From Podarcis melisellensis (taxonomy: Eukaryota), in NCBI GenBank assembly GCA_964234715.1, contig OZ174279.1: a stretch of DNA of 64,000 nucleotides; one strand, 5' to 3'. The stretch's first letter is position 1. Each line of letters begins with the position of its first letter. Shown here in pieces: positions 32,801-44,574 of this stretch. The position numbers and the translations under genes are program-made. Under the pieces are notes generated by a model. That model worked only from the letters and a program-made list of their open reading frames with translations. It was not told the origin of the DNA and did no database searches.

Positions 32801-34885
32801 TCAGAGGTTGCATTGGCAAATGGTTTCTGAACAAGGATCACTTTCCAATTTATATAAAGTCTGGAAGAACAGATGAGAGAAAAAAGAAAAAATAATCATT
32901 TTTGAATCATTATGGTGCTTCAGAATAATTGAAATGGTACCTCGGGTTACAAACACCGTGGGTTACAAACACTTTGGGTTACAGACTCCGCTAACACGGA
33001 AGTAGTACCTCAGGTTAAGAACTTTACCTCAGGATGAGAACAGAAATAACGTGGCGGCAGCGTGAGGCCCCATTAGCTAAAGTGGTACCTCAGGTTAAGA
33101 ATGGTTTCAGGTTAAGAACGGACCTCCAGAATCAATTAAGTTCGTAACCAGAGGTACCACTGTATAGTATAAAACCTCTGATTTTTCTTCTTATGGTGTA
33201 GTTAACCAGAAATAATTGTCTTTCAGAGGGGCGAACTCCAAAGGATAAGAAAAGCTCTCGGGGTCGGGGCCGGCGAACATCCGAAGAAGATGTCCCAGTA
33301 AAAAAGAAACCAAAACGAAGGTAAGTGACTGCAGTCTGCAGTTAGCTTGTTTAGAGCAGCTTCCATTTGAAATAATTTTTTTTTTGCCAATGTGCCATAG
33401 TAACCAGATTTTTTTGGCATGCTTAGTTTCACATGCTTTATACTCTCTCCACTTTTGCTGTCTTGGTACTCTTCAAAGTAACTGACCTCCCAAATAGTTC
33501 TAGTTAGTTTCAAACTGGAGATTATTTTTTTTACCAAGAATCACTGGCATTTACTCAATATTCGTTCACGTTGCTCCCATTGCAGGTCTGAATTAGCGGA
33601 TACCATCCTTTCAGTTCATCCTTCAGATGTCCTAGATATGCCGGTGGATCCCAACGAACCAACGTATTGTTTGTGTCACCAAGTATCCTATGGAGAAATG
33701 ATCGGCTGCGACAATCCTGATGTAAGTACTGAGATAACCCAATGTGGCCGTGCACACGCCTCCCTCCTCAAATTCTGCGTGAAGGTGCTTCCTTTAGAAA
33801 GAACGGAACTATGCAAGGGGAAAGAACCCCATCCAAGTGGCCAATAGAAGCTGCTTCCAGACTTCCCCTAGTTTCTGAGCACAAATTTGAAAGCACTTTT
33901 CTACAGCAAAAAATCGTAGCTTTCATATATTAAATGAAAAGGCGGATCTGGATCTTAGGACTCACTGGATTTGATACTTCACTCCATATTTGAAGTTGTT
34001 TGTGCACCTTTCATACATATACAACCCTGAGGTCACGTCTACACCCCAAGCTAACTTGCTTCTATTTTCCCCACCCTGGAATCTTCGGATGAAGGGCATT
34101 ATGCAAATGTTAATAGTAATAATAATAGTAATAATGATAATCGTTTACATCATGTTTTACGGGCCATTTGCAGTGAGTTTTGCATCCTGTGTCTGCATCC
34201 TGTGTCTGCAAAATTTGGGCCCTTCACAAGCAACAAAGGGCTCATGAAGTTTCCTATGTGATGTGCAGTATATGCCCCTTCGATTGTGACATGCCAGGCC
34301 CCAACCAGGCTCCCATTTCTGTTAAATCTGATAAGATAAATTAATGTTATCAACCTCTCTAAGAAAAAACATCTTTTTATTCTTCCCCAAAATATAGTGC
34401 CCAATCGAATGGTTCCATTTTGCTTGTGTGGACCTCACCACGAAACCCAAAGGGAAATGGTAGGTGTCATGAATAATAACTTTCTACACTTCTGTTTTCT
34501 TCACTTAATTTTCTTCCTTGATACTTTCTTCACTTTACCATAACAAAAGCACAAAGGTCCTTGACCGAAGGCTCACAATCTAAAAGAGACAGCAAGGTGA
34601 TACAAAGGGATGGGTCAGCCTTTGCCAACCTTGTGTCTTCTAAATGTTTTGGACCACAGTTCCCAAAAGCCACAGCAGCATGGCTATGCTGGCTGCAGCT
34701 GATTGGAGCTGCTGTTCAAAACATGGTAAACCCTAGAACCAGGAAGTTAAATGTATAATTCTTGAGTTTTATTTTCCCCCAAATGTGAAGTATTCCCAAA
34801 GTAATGCATTGAACTGAACACAGTGATTCTTTTTTTAACCCTTAGGTTTTGTCCTCGCTGTGCTCAGGAGAAGAAAAAGAAGTAG
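26853..34885 (+). CDS. ING5: Inhibitor of growth protein 5 (PHD finger), complete, 8 exons, 240 aa
   Basis: Exons 26853-26892, 29078-29149, 30057-30223, 31435-31546, 33227-33320, 33586-33721, 34398-34459, 34846-34885 (TAG), total 723 nt. [29 protein letters not shown] start; PHD finger [36 protein letters not shown]...WFCPRC. Synteny with DTYMK supports ING5 over ING4. A long 3' UTR probably ends near AATAAA at 39081-39086. Confidence 0.96.
27945..28208 (+). mobile_element. CR1-type LINE 3' end fragment
   Basis: AAAAGAGGATTAGACAGATTCATGG...GGTTGGCCACTGTG...CTCTTCTTATGTTCTTA, a typical squamate CR1 3' UTR ending. Confidence 0.6.
32935..33162. mobile_element. Tigger-like MITE copy
   Basis: TGGTACCTCGGGTT...GAGGTACCACTG-TA; core shared with 8563-8804. 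Confidence 0.8.
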
Positions 34886-35440
34886 AGTGGGAATGTACAG
34901 TCTGAAAGAAGAAAGAGTTTAATATATTCGTACATGTTGCAATATTTTATTCTATCTTTTTTGTCACTTACCTATCTTGTTTGATTTGATATTTAGCAGT
35001 GGCCAGTCATTTTTCTTAACATGGGGGGGGGGGAGGAGGAGCTATCCTAATGAGAAAAGGAGAATGTGGAGGAGGTTTACTGTGGTGATGGTCACCTGGG
35101 TTTCACACTTCTGTGGCACTGCAATCAATGTTATGAAGTACTAAGAGTAGCCCTGCACTGGAATTTCTGCTCACGTGCTTAAAGTCTGTGAAATTGCCTA
35201 TATGGCCTTGCAGGTGAACGATGATTTTTTGTTTTGTTATCAACAGGGTAGTCACTCTGCTCCGCACAATATTTATGAAGGATTTAAAATCTTTAACTGC
35301 ATCTTTACAGAACCTTGTAACTACTGTCAAGGAAGGAATATGCTGCTCTGTTCCTCAGTTGCAGCAAGCAAAGAATTGTTTCTTACAAAGGCAGATGAAA
35401 AGTAATGGGTGTTATTTTGGTAAGGTGTGTTCCACAAGTA

Positions 35441-35972
35441 CCATATTTTTCACCCCATAGGACGCACCTAGTTTTTTGGGGGGGGAAATAAAGAAAAAAA
35501 ATTATTTCCCCCCCAGGCACGGGGCTGGCGCGGGGGAAGCCCGAGCTTCCCCCGACCCCAGCCCCCAGAACAGCCTGCTATCCGCAAGCCTAGGGAGCTG
35601 CGCCGGTCTCCCCAGGCTTGCGGAGAGTTGCCCGAAGCCTGGGCACACTCTTCAGTGTGCCCGAGGCTTGGGAATGCAGGCAGCTCTGCGCAGCCCTCCG
35701 GAGGCCAGCGCGGCTTGGCGCCGGGCTCCGGAGGGTCGCGCAGAGCTGCGCGGAGCCCGGGAGGGCAAGCAGCTCTGCGCGACCCTCCGGAGGCCGGCGC
35801 GGCTTCGAGCCAGGCTCTGGAGGGTTGCGCAGAGCTTCCTGAAGCCTGGAGAGCGAGAGCCTCTCGCTCTCCAGGCTTCAGCGAAAGCCTGTATTCACCC
35901 CATAGGACGCACCCACATTTCCCCTTCATTTTTGGAGAGGAAAAAGTGCGTCCTATAGGCCGAAAAATACGG
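35441..35972. mobile_element. TA-flanked Tc1/mariner-type MITE with a GC-rich palindromic interior, in the ING5 3' region
   Basis: TA-CCATATTTTTCACCCCATAGGACGCAC...GTGCGTCCTATAGGCCGAAAAATACGG-TA; internal third copy of the terminal motif at ~35890-35914. Confidence 0.82.
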
Positions 35973-38900
35973 TAAATTTCAAGGGTAGTACACCTGGTCC
36001 AATTGCTTCTGAATTGTACACTACTGCCTCTGCACTTCATACGAGTCCCTCTGAAGTCATCTATCCTATCCTGATGGTAAGCAATGAATGCTTAAACTGA
36101 GGCACAAAATGTCTAGGAGATATCTGTATAGTTTGATTCACTCATGAAACGAAAATAAGGCTTATTTCTCATTGGCTATTAGATGTTAGACATTAACAAT
36201 CAAGAAAACCAGATGTAAAAAGAAAAACTTTTTTTTAAAAGGAAAGATTCCTAGGACTGCAAAGCACTAAAAGCAATTTGGTGTAATTTTATACTGAACT
36301 TTTATCTGGTTTGAGATGTCTGTTCTCTGTAAGCTCCAAGATGCCATCCAGTATAAAATGTGAATGTGGGTGCCCCTTAAAGCAGCTTTGAGTTGGGAGA
36401 CGGACAATATTTTCCCTCAGGAAGCTGGTAGAGCCATCGTTTCCTGTGATGCACACAATATCATCACTATCCTCTCTGATAATGCAGGCGGTTTGGATCC
36501 AGAGTGTTCCTTTCATGAACCCACCCAGGGGTGGCTCTGGGTAGGATTTTTGCATTGCAGGTAGTAAGCCCTCGAGGTCCCTTCCAGCTCTCTGCAGTTC
36601 TATGAATGAAAGGGCATTCCCATTGCAGAAGGGATTGAGATCCAGGGGAGGCTCACACTGGAGGAAATGGAGGAAAGGCAGATTTCGTTTATTCCCTCTA
36701 CATCTCCCCATGCCACCTCCCACACTGTTAAGGAGGGTCACCCAACTTCTTGGCATGGTTTTGCAGGGGGGAAGGAAGAACGATGAAACTCACCTCTCCC
36801 TCCTTTGTGGGCATCCCCTGGGCATTCACAGGAAATGGATCCGTGCCAGGGTTTGCAGGCTTTATATGTAACATCAAAAACATGCAAATGTTGTTTGACC
36901 AAAGACAATATATAGGGAGATAAAAATTATACATCATGGATCATGTTGACCTGTCATACCAATGTTTGTTAAAGATGATCATCTGTCTCCAGCTTTTCAT
37001 TTCTCAGCTAAAAGCTGGAAAAAGCAGGTCAAGAAGGATGGATAAATAATATTATGTACAATGGCTAGTTTGTCTCAACTGTGCTTGCATTGTGAGATAA
37101 TGTTGATTATTTGCATATGGTGATTAAAAAGCAGCCAGAATATAGCGCGCATGGCTGTTATCCGTTCCAGTGGTGTGGAGTTTGTTAAGGATTCAGGTAT
37201 ACCCCAAAATCACAGTGATGAGTTAGTTATGTTTCCTTCTTGAACAACTTGCACCACATGATACCTACAATTCTGCAGTAATCTCACTTCCCTTCTGGAA
37301 GGTAAAGGAGAAATCTTATCACAACAACAAAAATGTGGAGTTAACAAGTGTAGCTTTAAATTGAGAAAAGGTATATTTGGTTTTTTTTTCTGAAAGGACA
37401 TGGTTTGGGGTTTTTTGTTAAGAAAGAACACAAGTCCTAAGTTCTTATTTCACACGACATTGATTTTGCATGGTTTTGTAGGCAATTCATTGAAAATATT
37501 CTTTATTTGTATCACTTTACTTTCTATAGCTCCATCTAGTTTTCAGTGATCACATGCACATTTGCATTGGCCACATGAGAGTGAACTAATTTTGGAGGTT
37601 TGGTTGTCATAACTTGCTCTCAAAATGTTTTGTCTCTACATAATGTTCTGCTGTTGTCAGGCTTAAGTACTTACTGGAGTAAGTTGTCACTCTGAGAGTT
37701 AACCCCTAAATATCATGCACACAACTATGGAACTTAATGCAGACAATGAGGACATTAGAGCATTATGTCTTCCATAACCTTGTGCCCTCCAGATGTTTTT
37801 AACTACAGTTGCCTTAGCCAGTGTGGCCAATGGCAAGGGATTAGCAGAGTTGTAGTCCAACCTCTGGAGAGCACTAGGCTGGGGATGGTTGTCCTATGAG
37901 ACAGCATTTTCATATAAAGTTTGGGGTTATATTTTCCCAACATGAAGCCCTTGAGATGTTTTTGACTACAATTCCCTTTAGTCTTTGCCAGCATGGCTGT
38001 CCAAAACATCTGGAATGCTCCAAGTTGGGGAAACTGTTTCTCTTTTAATGCAAAGCAATCTTCCTCAAGACGTGATCCACCAAGCTGTATGTGGCTCCAG
38101 CAGTGTTGTTATGGTTATCAAGATGCTTGACAGTTCCCTGGCTTTTGTAGTCGTGACTACAAAATAGGAAGTGAACCTGATGGCAACAACACATAGTGGA
38201 TTGTAGATGGACTTTTGGGGGGGGTCACAGCTTTTGCATTGTGCATTTAGATTTTAGTAGGAAGTCTTATAAGACCTCATGAATCAGTAGTTCAGTTATC
38301 AATAATGGACATGTGTTTTAATTTCCCATAAAGTCATGTTAGCTTCTGCTATAATAGCAATGACTTTCAAGATCTATTTCCCCTTTTTTCCACTTACGTT
38401 GTATCTTAGATAATGGAAAACTAGTGCTATAGGTTGGCATACATCTTGAAAGTCCTTAAAATGTGTTTTGGGGTAGAAAGTTAGTGCTGCCATGTAGGTA
38501 ATGAAGCAACCTGGACTTGTTACTTTACCATAAACTAGAACCAAGATCATGTTTCCGTCCCAAGGAATTGAATGTTTTGTTTCCTTTGAGGCTCCAGACA
38601 GTAGTGGTGCCGGCGGCAATTTCCCAGTTATATCTGTACACTACAGATGTCACATGTTGCTGTCTTGACTATAAACTGATTGTCAACCAGATCATGTTGT
38701 TTCAAGTTTTTTATAACCATGCTGATAATGAACATTGGGCATTCTGGTCTGTGAAGAATGTATTCTCCTGAATTTTGAATGTATCCTGTTTAATAATAAT
38801 TACTTTTGTCAGGATTTAGAGCACAGGAAAAAACTGAAGATAATCTTCCCTCCTTTTTTTTTTTAAAAAAGATAAATCTACATATTTTGTGGTTGTCGCC

Positions 38901-40014
38901 TTTTTTCATAGTTTATCTCACAAGTAATCAAATGACACAGCCTATACTTTCTTGTCAAAGGAATTAGATTTATGTTTTCTTTGTAAATGGAAGAGAATAT
39001 TAGAAATCTTTTTATTAAAATGTGAAAATGTTTATCTGTATTTTTGATCATGTTATAGATATAATAGGTATATTGTTACAAATAAAGTATTTTTGAGAAC
39101 AAACAATTGCATGTTTTGTTTGCTTCTGAGGTATAGTGTGCAAATGACAAGTTCATGCTACCAACAAAATGTATGTACCTATACTTCTAACATTTAATTG
39201 GGTCTTGTGGAAAACGCTGGTTACTTGCATGTATAAAGGTGGACAAGAAAATCTTGGATCCTGTGAATTGTCAAACCCAGCTAAACGCACTAAGGTGACA
39301 TGTAGAAATTTGAGAGAACACTGAAGTGTCATTTGGTTGATCTATTCTGAAACCAGAAAAAATACTACATTGGAAATAAATTCCAAAACCCACTCTTGGA
39401 CAATACCTTTATCAACAATAATCAAAAGTTACAAAATCATTAACAGAACTCTTCATGAGGGTGGATGTTAAGCAAAAGGGAAGGAAAAGAAACTTGACAA
39501 AACAACAAAAGAGCATCCCTTGCTTTGATCTTAAGTATATTAATTACAGCAACCATGACTACCAACTGCAAAAACCTAGCATGCTATCACTGGTCTAAAC
39601 AGGCAGGCAAGAAATGCCTGGGAAGAGTTTGGAGGGCCAGAGATGTCTGGTGGGCCATATTCAGCACTTGGGCCTAAGGCTCCCCAGACCTGGTGCAAGC
39701 GCTTGGCGCTGGTGCTAACAATGGTAGCCTGGTGGGGGGAAATGTGCATATCTGGTTCGAGGCAAGTATTTTCAATCAGTAATGTGGATAATATGAAAAG
39801 GGTAATAATAGGGCTTATTACCATCAGACAGTATAGAAAACTTGTGAAATAAAGATAAATCCTTTCTGCATCGCTTTTTGCCTCAGAGCAGCTTACAATT
39901 AAAAAAAGACCCCACACAAAACGTCAAATTAAAATGCATCCAAAGTATTATTAACTAAAAAGGGCTCAGAAATGGAGCTAATATGACAAGATATGCGAAA
40001 AAGCAGACAGGCAG

Positions 40015-40420
40015 ACTTGACGCGCTCGCGCGTGCGCACAAACACCGAGCGCAGCCTTCCCTCCGCCCCGCTCCTTGCCTACCTCCTGGCTCCGCCCACA
40101 GGGCGCCCCTCTTTTTTGTTTGGTCCGGAAAAGAGCACGAGGGGGAGGAGCAAGCGGAGAAGCGAGCGGAGCTGCCTAACGAGAAGTGCGTGAGATCCCG
40201 TGGGCCGCGTTCAAGGTGAGCGCAGAAAGGGCGACTGCAAGGACGCGCGCGCTGGTGATTTCTGTCTGGGCTTGGCAACGTCTTTGGCTGCAGCCGGTTT
40301 CTAGAGAGCTGCCTGCTCTCCGGAGCCTAGCGGTGCCTGGGTCTGCACTTCCCTCCCGGTCCTAAACACCACAATCAGCTCCAGGCAAAGGGGCGGAGCG
40401 AGGTCTGACACCGCGTCTTG
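40015..40420 (+). promoter_or_regulatory. CpG-island promoter and non-coding first exon of D2HGDH
   Basis: CpG-rich; NRF1-like GCGCGTGCGCA 40028-40038, GC box ~40063, ETS-like CCGGAA ~40125; strong splice donor CAAG|GTGAGC at 40215/40216. Confidence 0.65.
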
Positions 40421-40799
40421 CTCTGACACCCATCGCGTTCACTTTATGTTTGCACCCAAACAGTGACTTTGAGGGACCTGAGGCTTCCTCCTCTTACCGC
40501 AGGATAATTCGCGGCCAGTAATAACATGCCTAATGGAACTTCACAAAGGAAACAGCCATGTTAATCCATTACAGCAAAATAAACAAACACACACACACAC
40601 ACACACAAACAGGTTTATAATACATGCCAGCTAAGTGCATGTCAGTTAAAGAGTGGAGGAGAGGACACCTTGTCCCAGAACGATCCTAAAAGTTCAATAA
40701 GCTACGTCCAGCTGTCCTTTGTCAACAACAAATTGTCGCTGTTTTCTTGTGTTGAATATATGCCGTATGGTAATTTATGGACCTAATAGGTATCTAAAG

Positions 40800-43650
40800 C
40801 AGTGTTTCCCAACCTTTTTTGGGCAAAGGCACACTTGTTTCATGAAAAAAATCTCGAGGCACACCACCATTAGAAAATGTTTAAAAAATTAACTCTGTGC
40901 CTATATTGACTATATATAAAGTAACTCTCTTTAATAGGAATCAAATAAACACAAAGAAAGTATTTTATAATTACTTTATTATGAAATAGTAAGTAAACAG
41001 AAATATGAAAAATTATAAAATACTTTATTCAGTGCGCAACCTGGGCCTGTTTGGCTGAACACAAAGCTGATATTCTGGCTGGAATCGAAGAAAGACACAC
41101 ACGTAGCTCTTCGTCAACAGCTCTCAGTCTCTCTCTGTATTTAGTTTTTATAGCAATCATGCTTGAAAAGCTCAACTCACAGAGATATGTAGTGGAAAAT
41201 GGGAGCAATGTCAAAATAGCTTTGTTTGCCAGAAGGGGGAACTCCTTGGCAGTTTCCAACCAAAAATTGTCCAAAGGTAGATCAGCAAATCTTAGCTTGA
41301 AACCACGATTTTGTCTCAGTTCAGTTAGTTCCTCCTGCTCCTGTAAAGTCATGTCCTTTCCACCAACTGATGCTGAGCTATAAGGGTCCCTAACCCAGTC
41401 AAGGCATTCAGTGGAGACTGAAGAGAAATAAAATGGCAACTTCCCCTCGAGAGTTTTTAAATGTTTACCTATTATCTCACACAGTGCAGCAGTGTGAACA
41501 CCTTGCCATTGCTTGGTGAGTGTGAACATTTCAAGATTGCCACTTTCCACGTGTTGATGCCAGAGTTGCACCTTTGAACAGAATCCATTTATTTTATCTG
41601 TACTTGTAAGCAGATTTTCATTTTGGCCTTGCATTCGTGTGTTCAGTTCATTCAGATGATGAAATATATCTGCCAGGTATGCCAGCCTTGCACACCACTC
41701 ATCACTTGCAAGCAGCTTTGCGTAATCTGACCTCTCATTTGTCAGAAACACTTTAAGTTCCTCCCGCAGCTCATACACACGAACCAAGACCTTGCCACGC
41801 GACAACCACCGGACCTCCGTATGAAACAGCAAGGTTTTATGCTTCGCTCCCATCTCCTCACACAAAGCTGCAAATATGCGACTTTTCACGGGTCGTGACT
41901 TTACAAAGTTTACCATGCGCACAACATCATCCAACACATGAACTAGGTCTGCTGGTAAAGTCTTGGCTACGAGGGCCTCACGGTGCAAAAAGCAATGCGT
42001 AACAATCACATCTGGATTTCTCTCCTTCACTCTGCTTACAAAGCCTTTGGTGTGCCCGACCATGGCTGCAGCTCCATCGGTGCAGACACTTGTGCAGTTT
42101 TCCCACTTAAGTCCTCCTTGTTCAAGGTATTCTGATGTGACCCGAAAAATTTCTTCTCCTGTTGCTTTTTCTGGCAATGCCTTGCAGAAAAAGAAGTTTT
42201 CTCTAATTGCATCACCATCAACATGACGCACATTGGCCAAGAGTTGAGCATGTCCACTGATATCAGTAGACTCGTCAAGTTGTAATGCAAATTTCTCACT
42301 GCTATGGAGCTTTTCCAAAACCACACTTTCAATGTCTGCAGACATGTCATTAATACGTCTGGAAATTGTGTTGTTTGAGAGAGGGACTTTGGCTATTTCC
42401 TTAGCTGCTTCAGGTCCGAGCATCTCCTCTACAATAGCTTTGCAGGCGGGAAGTATTAATGTCTCTGCCACAGTGTGCGACTTTTTTGACTTGGCTATAA
42501 GTTCAGCAACATGATAGCTAGCTTTAAGACCTCTTTCATTTACCTTTCAGTGGAGGTGGAAGGAACCCCGAGGGTCGCCTCCTCCAACCCCCTGAAGCAC
42601 CTGGCCGCCAAAAGGCTCCTTCCCGCTGGATCTAGTCCACGGCCCCGTCTCTTTCTGCACCCCCCTCCATCCTCCATTTATAAAAGCGTGAATAAAATAG
42701 TTGCCTTTTTAGAAAAAAAAAGAAAAGAAGAAGGTTCAGTGCCTTTTGCTCCTTGCAAATTGGTGTATCTGATGGTGGGGGAGGTTTTTTTTAAAAAAAA
42801 TAAAAACAAAAAACCCCACTAGAACCCCTTTGTGACACCCACCCTGCTCACTTTCAGACAAACTTGGATGGGGGAAGGCGGCTTTTCTCGCCCAGGTTTT
42901 CCTCAAAGGAAAGTTAGCGGGACCACTGAGACAGCCGCCAAAAGCTGCTTCGCTGATGGAAGGAGCCGTCCATTCGAAAGCCTGAAAATTACGGCTAATT
43001 AATAATACCAGAGGAGCCCCCCTCCCCGCCTCCCTCTTCCCCTCGGGGAAGGGCACCATTCAGTCTCGACTGGGCGGGGGGACCATCTACTTCCCCATCC
43101 CCGCCCCCCGGAGCCGCGCCGGCCGCCCCTTCGCAGGAGCTGAGATCCCAGCGCGGCGCCCGCTGCACCTGCCGGGGGCCAAGGAGGGTCCAGGGCCGGG
43201 GGGGAAGTTTGCTCTCCGGGAGCCCAAACGCGGCTGCTGTTGCGGCTGCTGCTTGTGGCAGGCTCCACATTGCGAGCGCAAAGCCGGCGAGCCCGTCGTC
43301 TCAAGAGCCAGGAAAGAGACGCCGACTCGCCCGCGCCGCTGCTGCTGCCAGACGGTCCGTCCTGCCCAGGCCACCCGCCTCCCATCACGGCTGCTTGGGA
43401 GGCTGCAGGGCGCTTTTATGAGCCGCAGCCGTCCGACGTTAAACGCACTGCAGAGAGTTCTTAAGGAGCCTGGGATCGATTTTGGTTAATCGCGGCTAAC
43501 CGCGTCTGGGACCCTGTTTTACAAGCAGCTCGCAGCTCCGCTCGTTTTCTAAGCCACCGCCGCCCGACTCGCCCGCCTCCCGCCCACGGCACACCAGGCA
43601 ACGTCTCGCGGCACACTGGTGTGCCGCGGAACACCGGTTGGGAAACACTG
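40800..43650 (-). mobile_element. hAT (Buster/Charlie-type) DNA transposon, 2851 bp, with a 5'-truncated transposase and ~1 kb of captured GC-rich DNA
   Basis: TIRs CAGTGTTTCCCAACC at 40800 and GGTTGGGAAACACTG ending 43650; perfect 8-bp TSD ATCTAAAG at 40792-40799 and 43651-43658; subterminal GGCACAC repeats; internal hAT transposase ORF. Confidence 0.96.
41029..42546 (-). CDS. hAT/Buster-family transposase (ZBED5/Charlie-like) catalytic and dimerisation region, lacking the start codon and N-terminal BED finger
   Basis: Frame is open from 42546 ([35 protein letters not shown]...) to the stop at 41029, 505 codons. Motifs: LQLDESTD (D), CTDGAAAM (D), HCFLHREAL (CxxH), [16 protein letters not shown] (E). 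An in-frame TGA sits immediately upstream at 42547-42549. Confidence 0.92.
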   Translation of the reverse strand, partial: KVNERGLKASYHVAELIAKSKKSHTVAETLILPACKAIVEEMLGPEAAKEIAKVPLSNNTISRRINDMSADIESVVLEKLHSSEKFALQLDESTDISGHAQLLANVRHVDGDAIRENFFFCKALPEKATGEEIFRVTSEYLEQGGLKWENCTSVCTDGAAAMVGHTKGFVSRVKERNPDVIVTHCFLHREALVAKTLPADLVHVLDDVVRMVNFVKSRPVKSRIFAALCEEMGAKHKTLLFHTEVRWLSRGKVLVRVYELREELKVFLTNERSDYAKLLASDEWCARLAYLADIFHHLNELNTRMQGQNENLLTSTDKINGFCSKVQLWHQHVESGNLEMFTLTKQWQGVHTAALCEIIGKHLKTLEGKLPFYFSSVSTECLDWVRDPYSSASVGGKDMTLQEQEELTELRQNRGFKLRFADLPLDNFWLETAKEFPLLANKAILTLLPFSTTYLCELSFSSMIAIKTKYRERLRAVDEELRVCLSSIPARISALCSAKQAQVAH

Positions 43651-43829
43651 ATCTAAAGCCATTTGCACATAACAAATAGGAGCCTATACAACACAAAACA
43701 CTGTTGCTGTAGTTAGGTTTTGTTTTATTTGTTTTTTATCTTATATTTTGGAAATGTACATCCAGGTTTTTTTCCTTTTAATTTTTTTGGGGGCCCCAAG
43801 AGAGTGGGGCCCTAAGCCATAGCTTGTTT

Positions 43830-44245
43830 GTTGTTGTTTAGTCGTGTCCGACTCTTCGTGACCCCATGGACCAGAGCACGCCAGGCACTTCTGTCTTCCA
43901 CTGCCTCCCGCAGTTTGGTCAGACTCATGTTTGTAGCTTCGAGAACACTGTCCAACCATCTCGTCCTCTGTCGTCCCCTTCTCCTTGTGCCCTCCATCTT
44001 TCCCAACGTCAGGGTCTTTTCCAGGAAGTCTTCTCTTCTCGTGAGGTGGCCAAAGTATTGGAGCCTCAGCTTCAGGATCTGTCCTTCCAGGGAGCACTCA
44101 GGGCTGATTTCCTTAAGAATGGATACGTTTGATCTTCTTGCAGTCCATGGGACTCTCAAGAGTCTCCTCCAGCACCATAGTTCAAAAGCATCAATTCTTC
44201 GTTGATCAGCCTTCTTTATGGTCCAGCTCTCACTTCCATACATCA
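43830..44245 (-). mobile_element. BovB (RTE-clade LINE), 5'-truncated 3' fragment
   Basis: Minus-strand peptide YGSESWTIKKADQRRIDAFELWCWRRLLRVPWTARRSN...WRALVHGVTKSRTRLN, typical of the BovB/RTE C-terminus; (CAA)n tail; 11-bp TSD ATAGCTTGTTT at 43819-43829 and 44246-44256. Confidence 0.92.
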
Positions 44246-44574
44246 ATAGCTTGTTTAGCTTATACATAAATCCAGCAGGTAACGGCAACCTCTGGCACTC
44301 CAGATACTGCTCCCAGCATCCATGGCCATTGGTCATGCTTGATGCTGGGGCTGATAAAGGTTGTATAGAAACAAGAGGGTTGTGCTTTCTTGTTGTTTCT
44401 TAAGTGCTGTGTCCTGAAGCTATCCTACCCGTGATCGTGATCTTTCGCTTCCTGAAGGAGTTCTCTTTTCCCATGAAATGAGATAGCTGAAAATAAAATA
44501 AATCGAGTTGAGTGCCTTTCAGAGGAAGTTGATCAAACTGGGTGTTTATTTTGCTTTTGCAATTCAGGTTCTTC

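Noticed and set aside
39401-39472. Possible Penelope-type minimal hammerhead ribozyme on the minus strand (CTCATGAAGAG)
   Set aside because: The core differs from CUGAUGA and no downstream GAAA half is present; at most a dead remnant.
41029-42546. Domesticated ZBED5/ZBED8-type host gene
   Set aside because: It is bounded by TIRs and a perfect TSD, lacks a start codon, and has a MITE relative in the same window, so it is a transposon copy.
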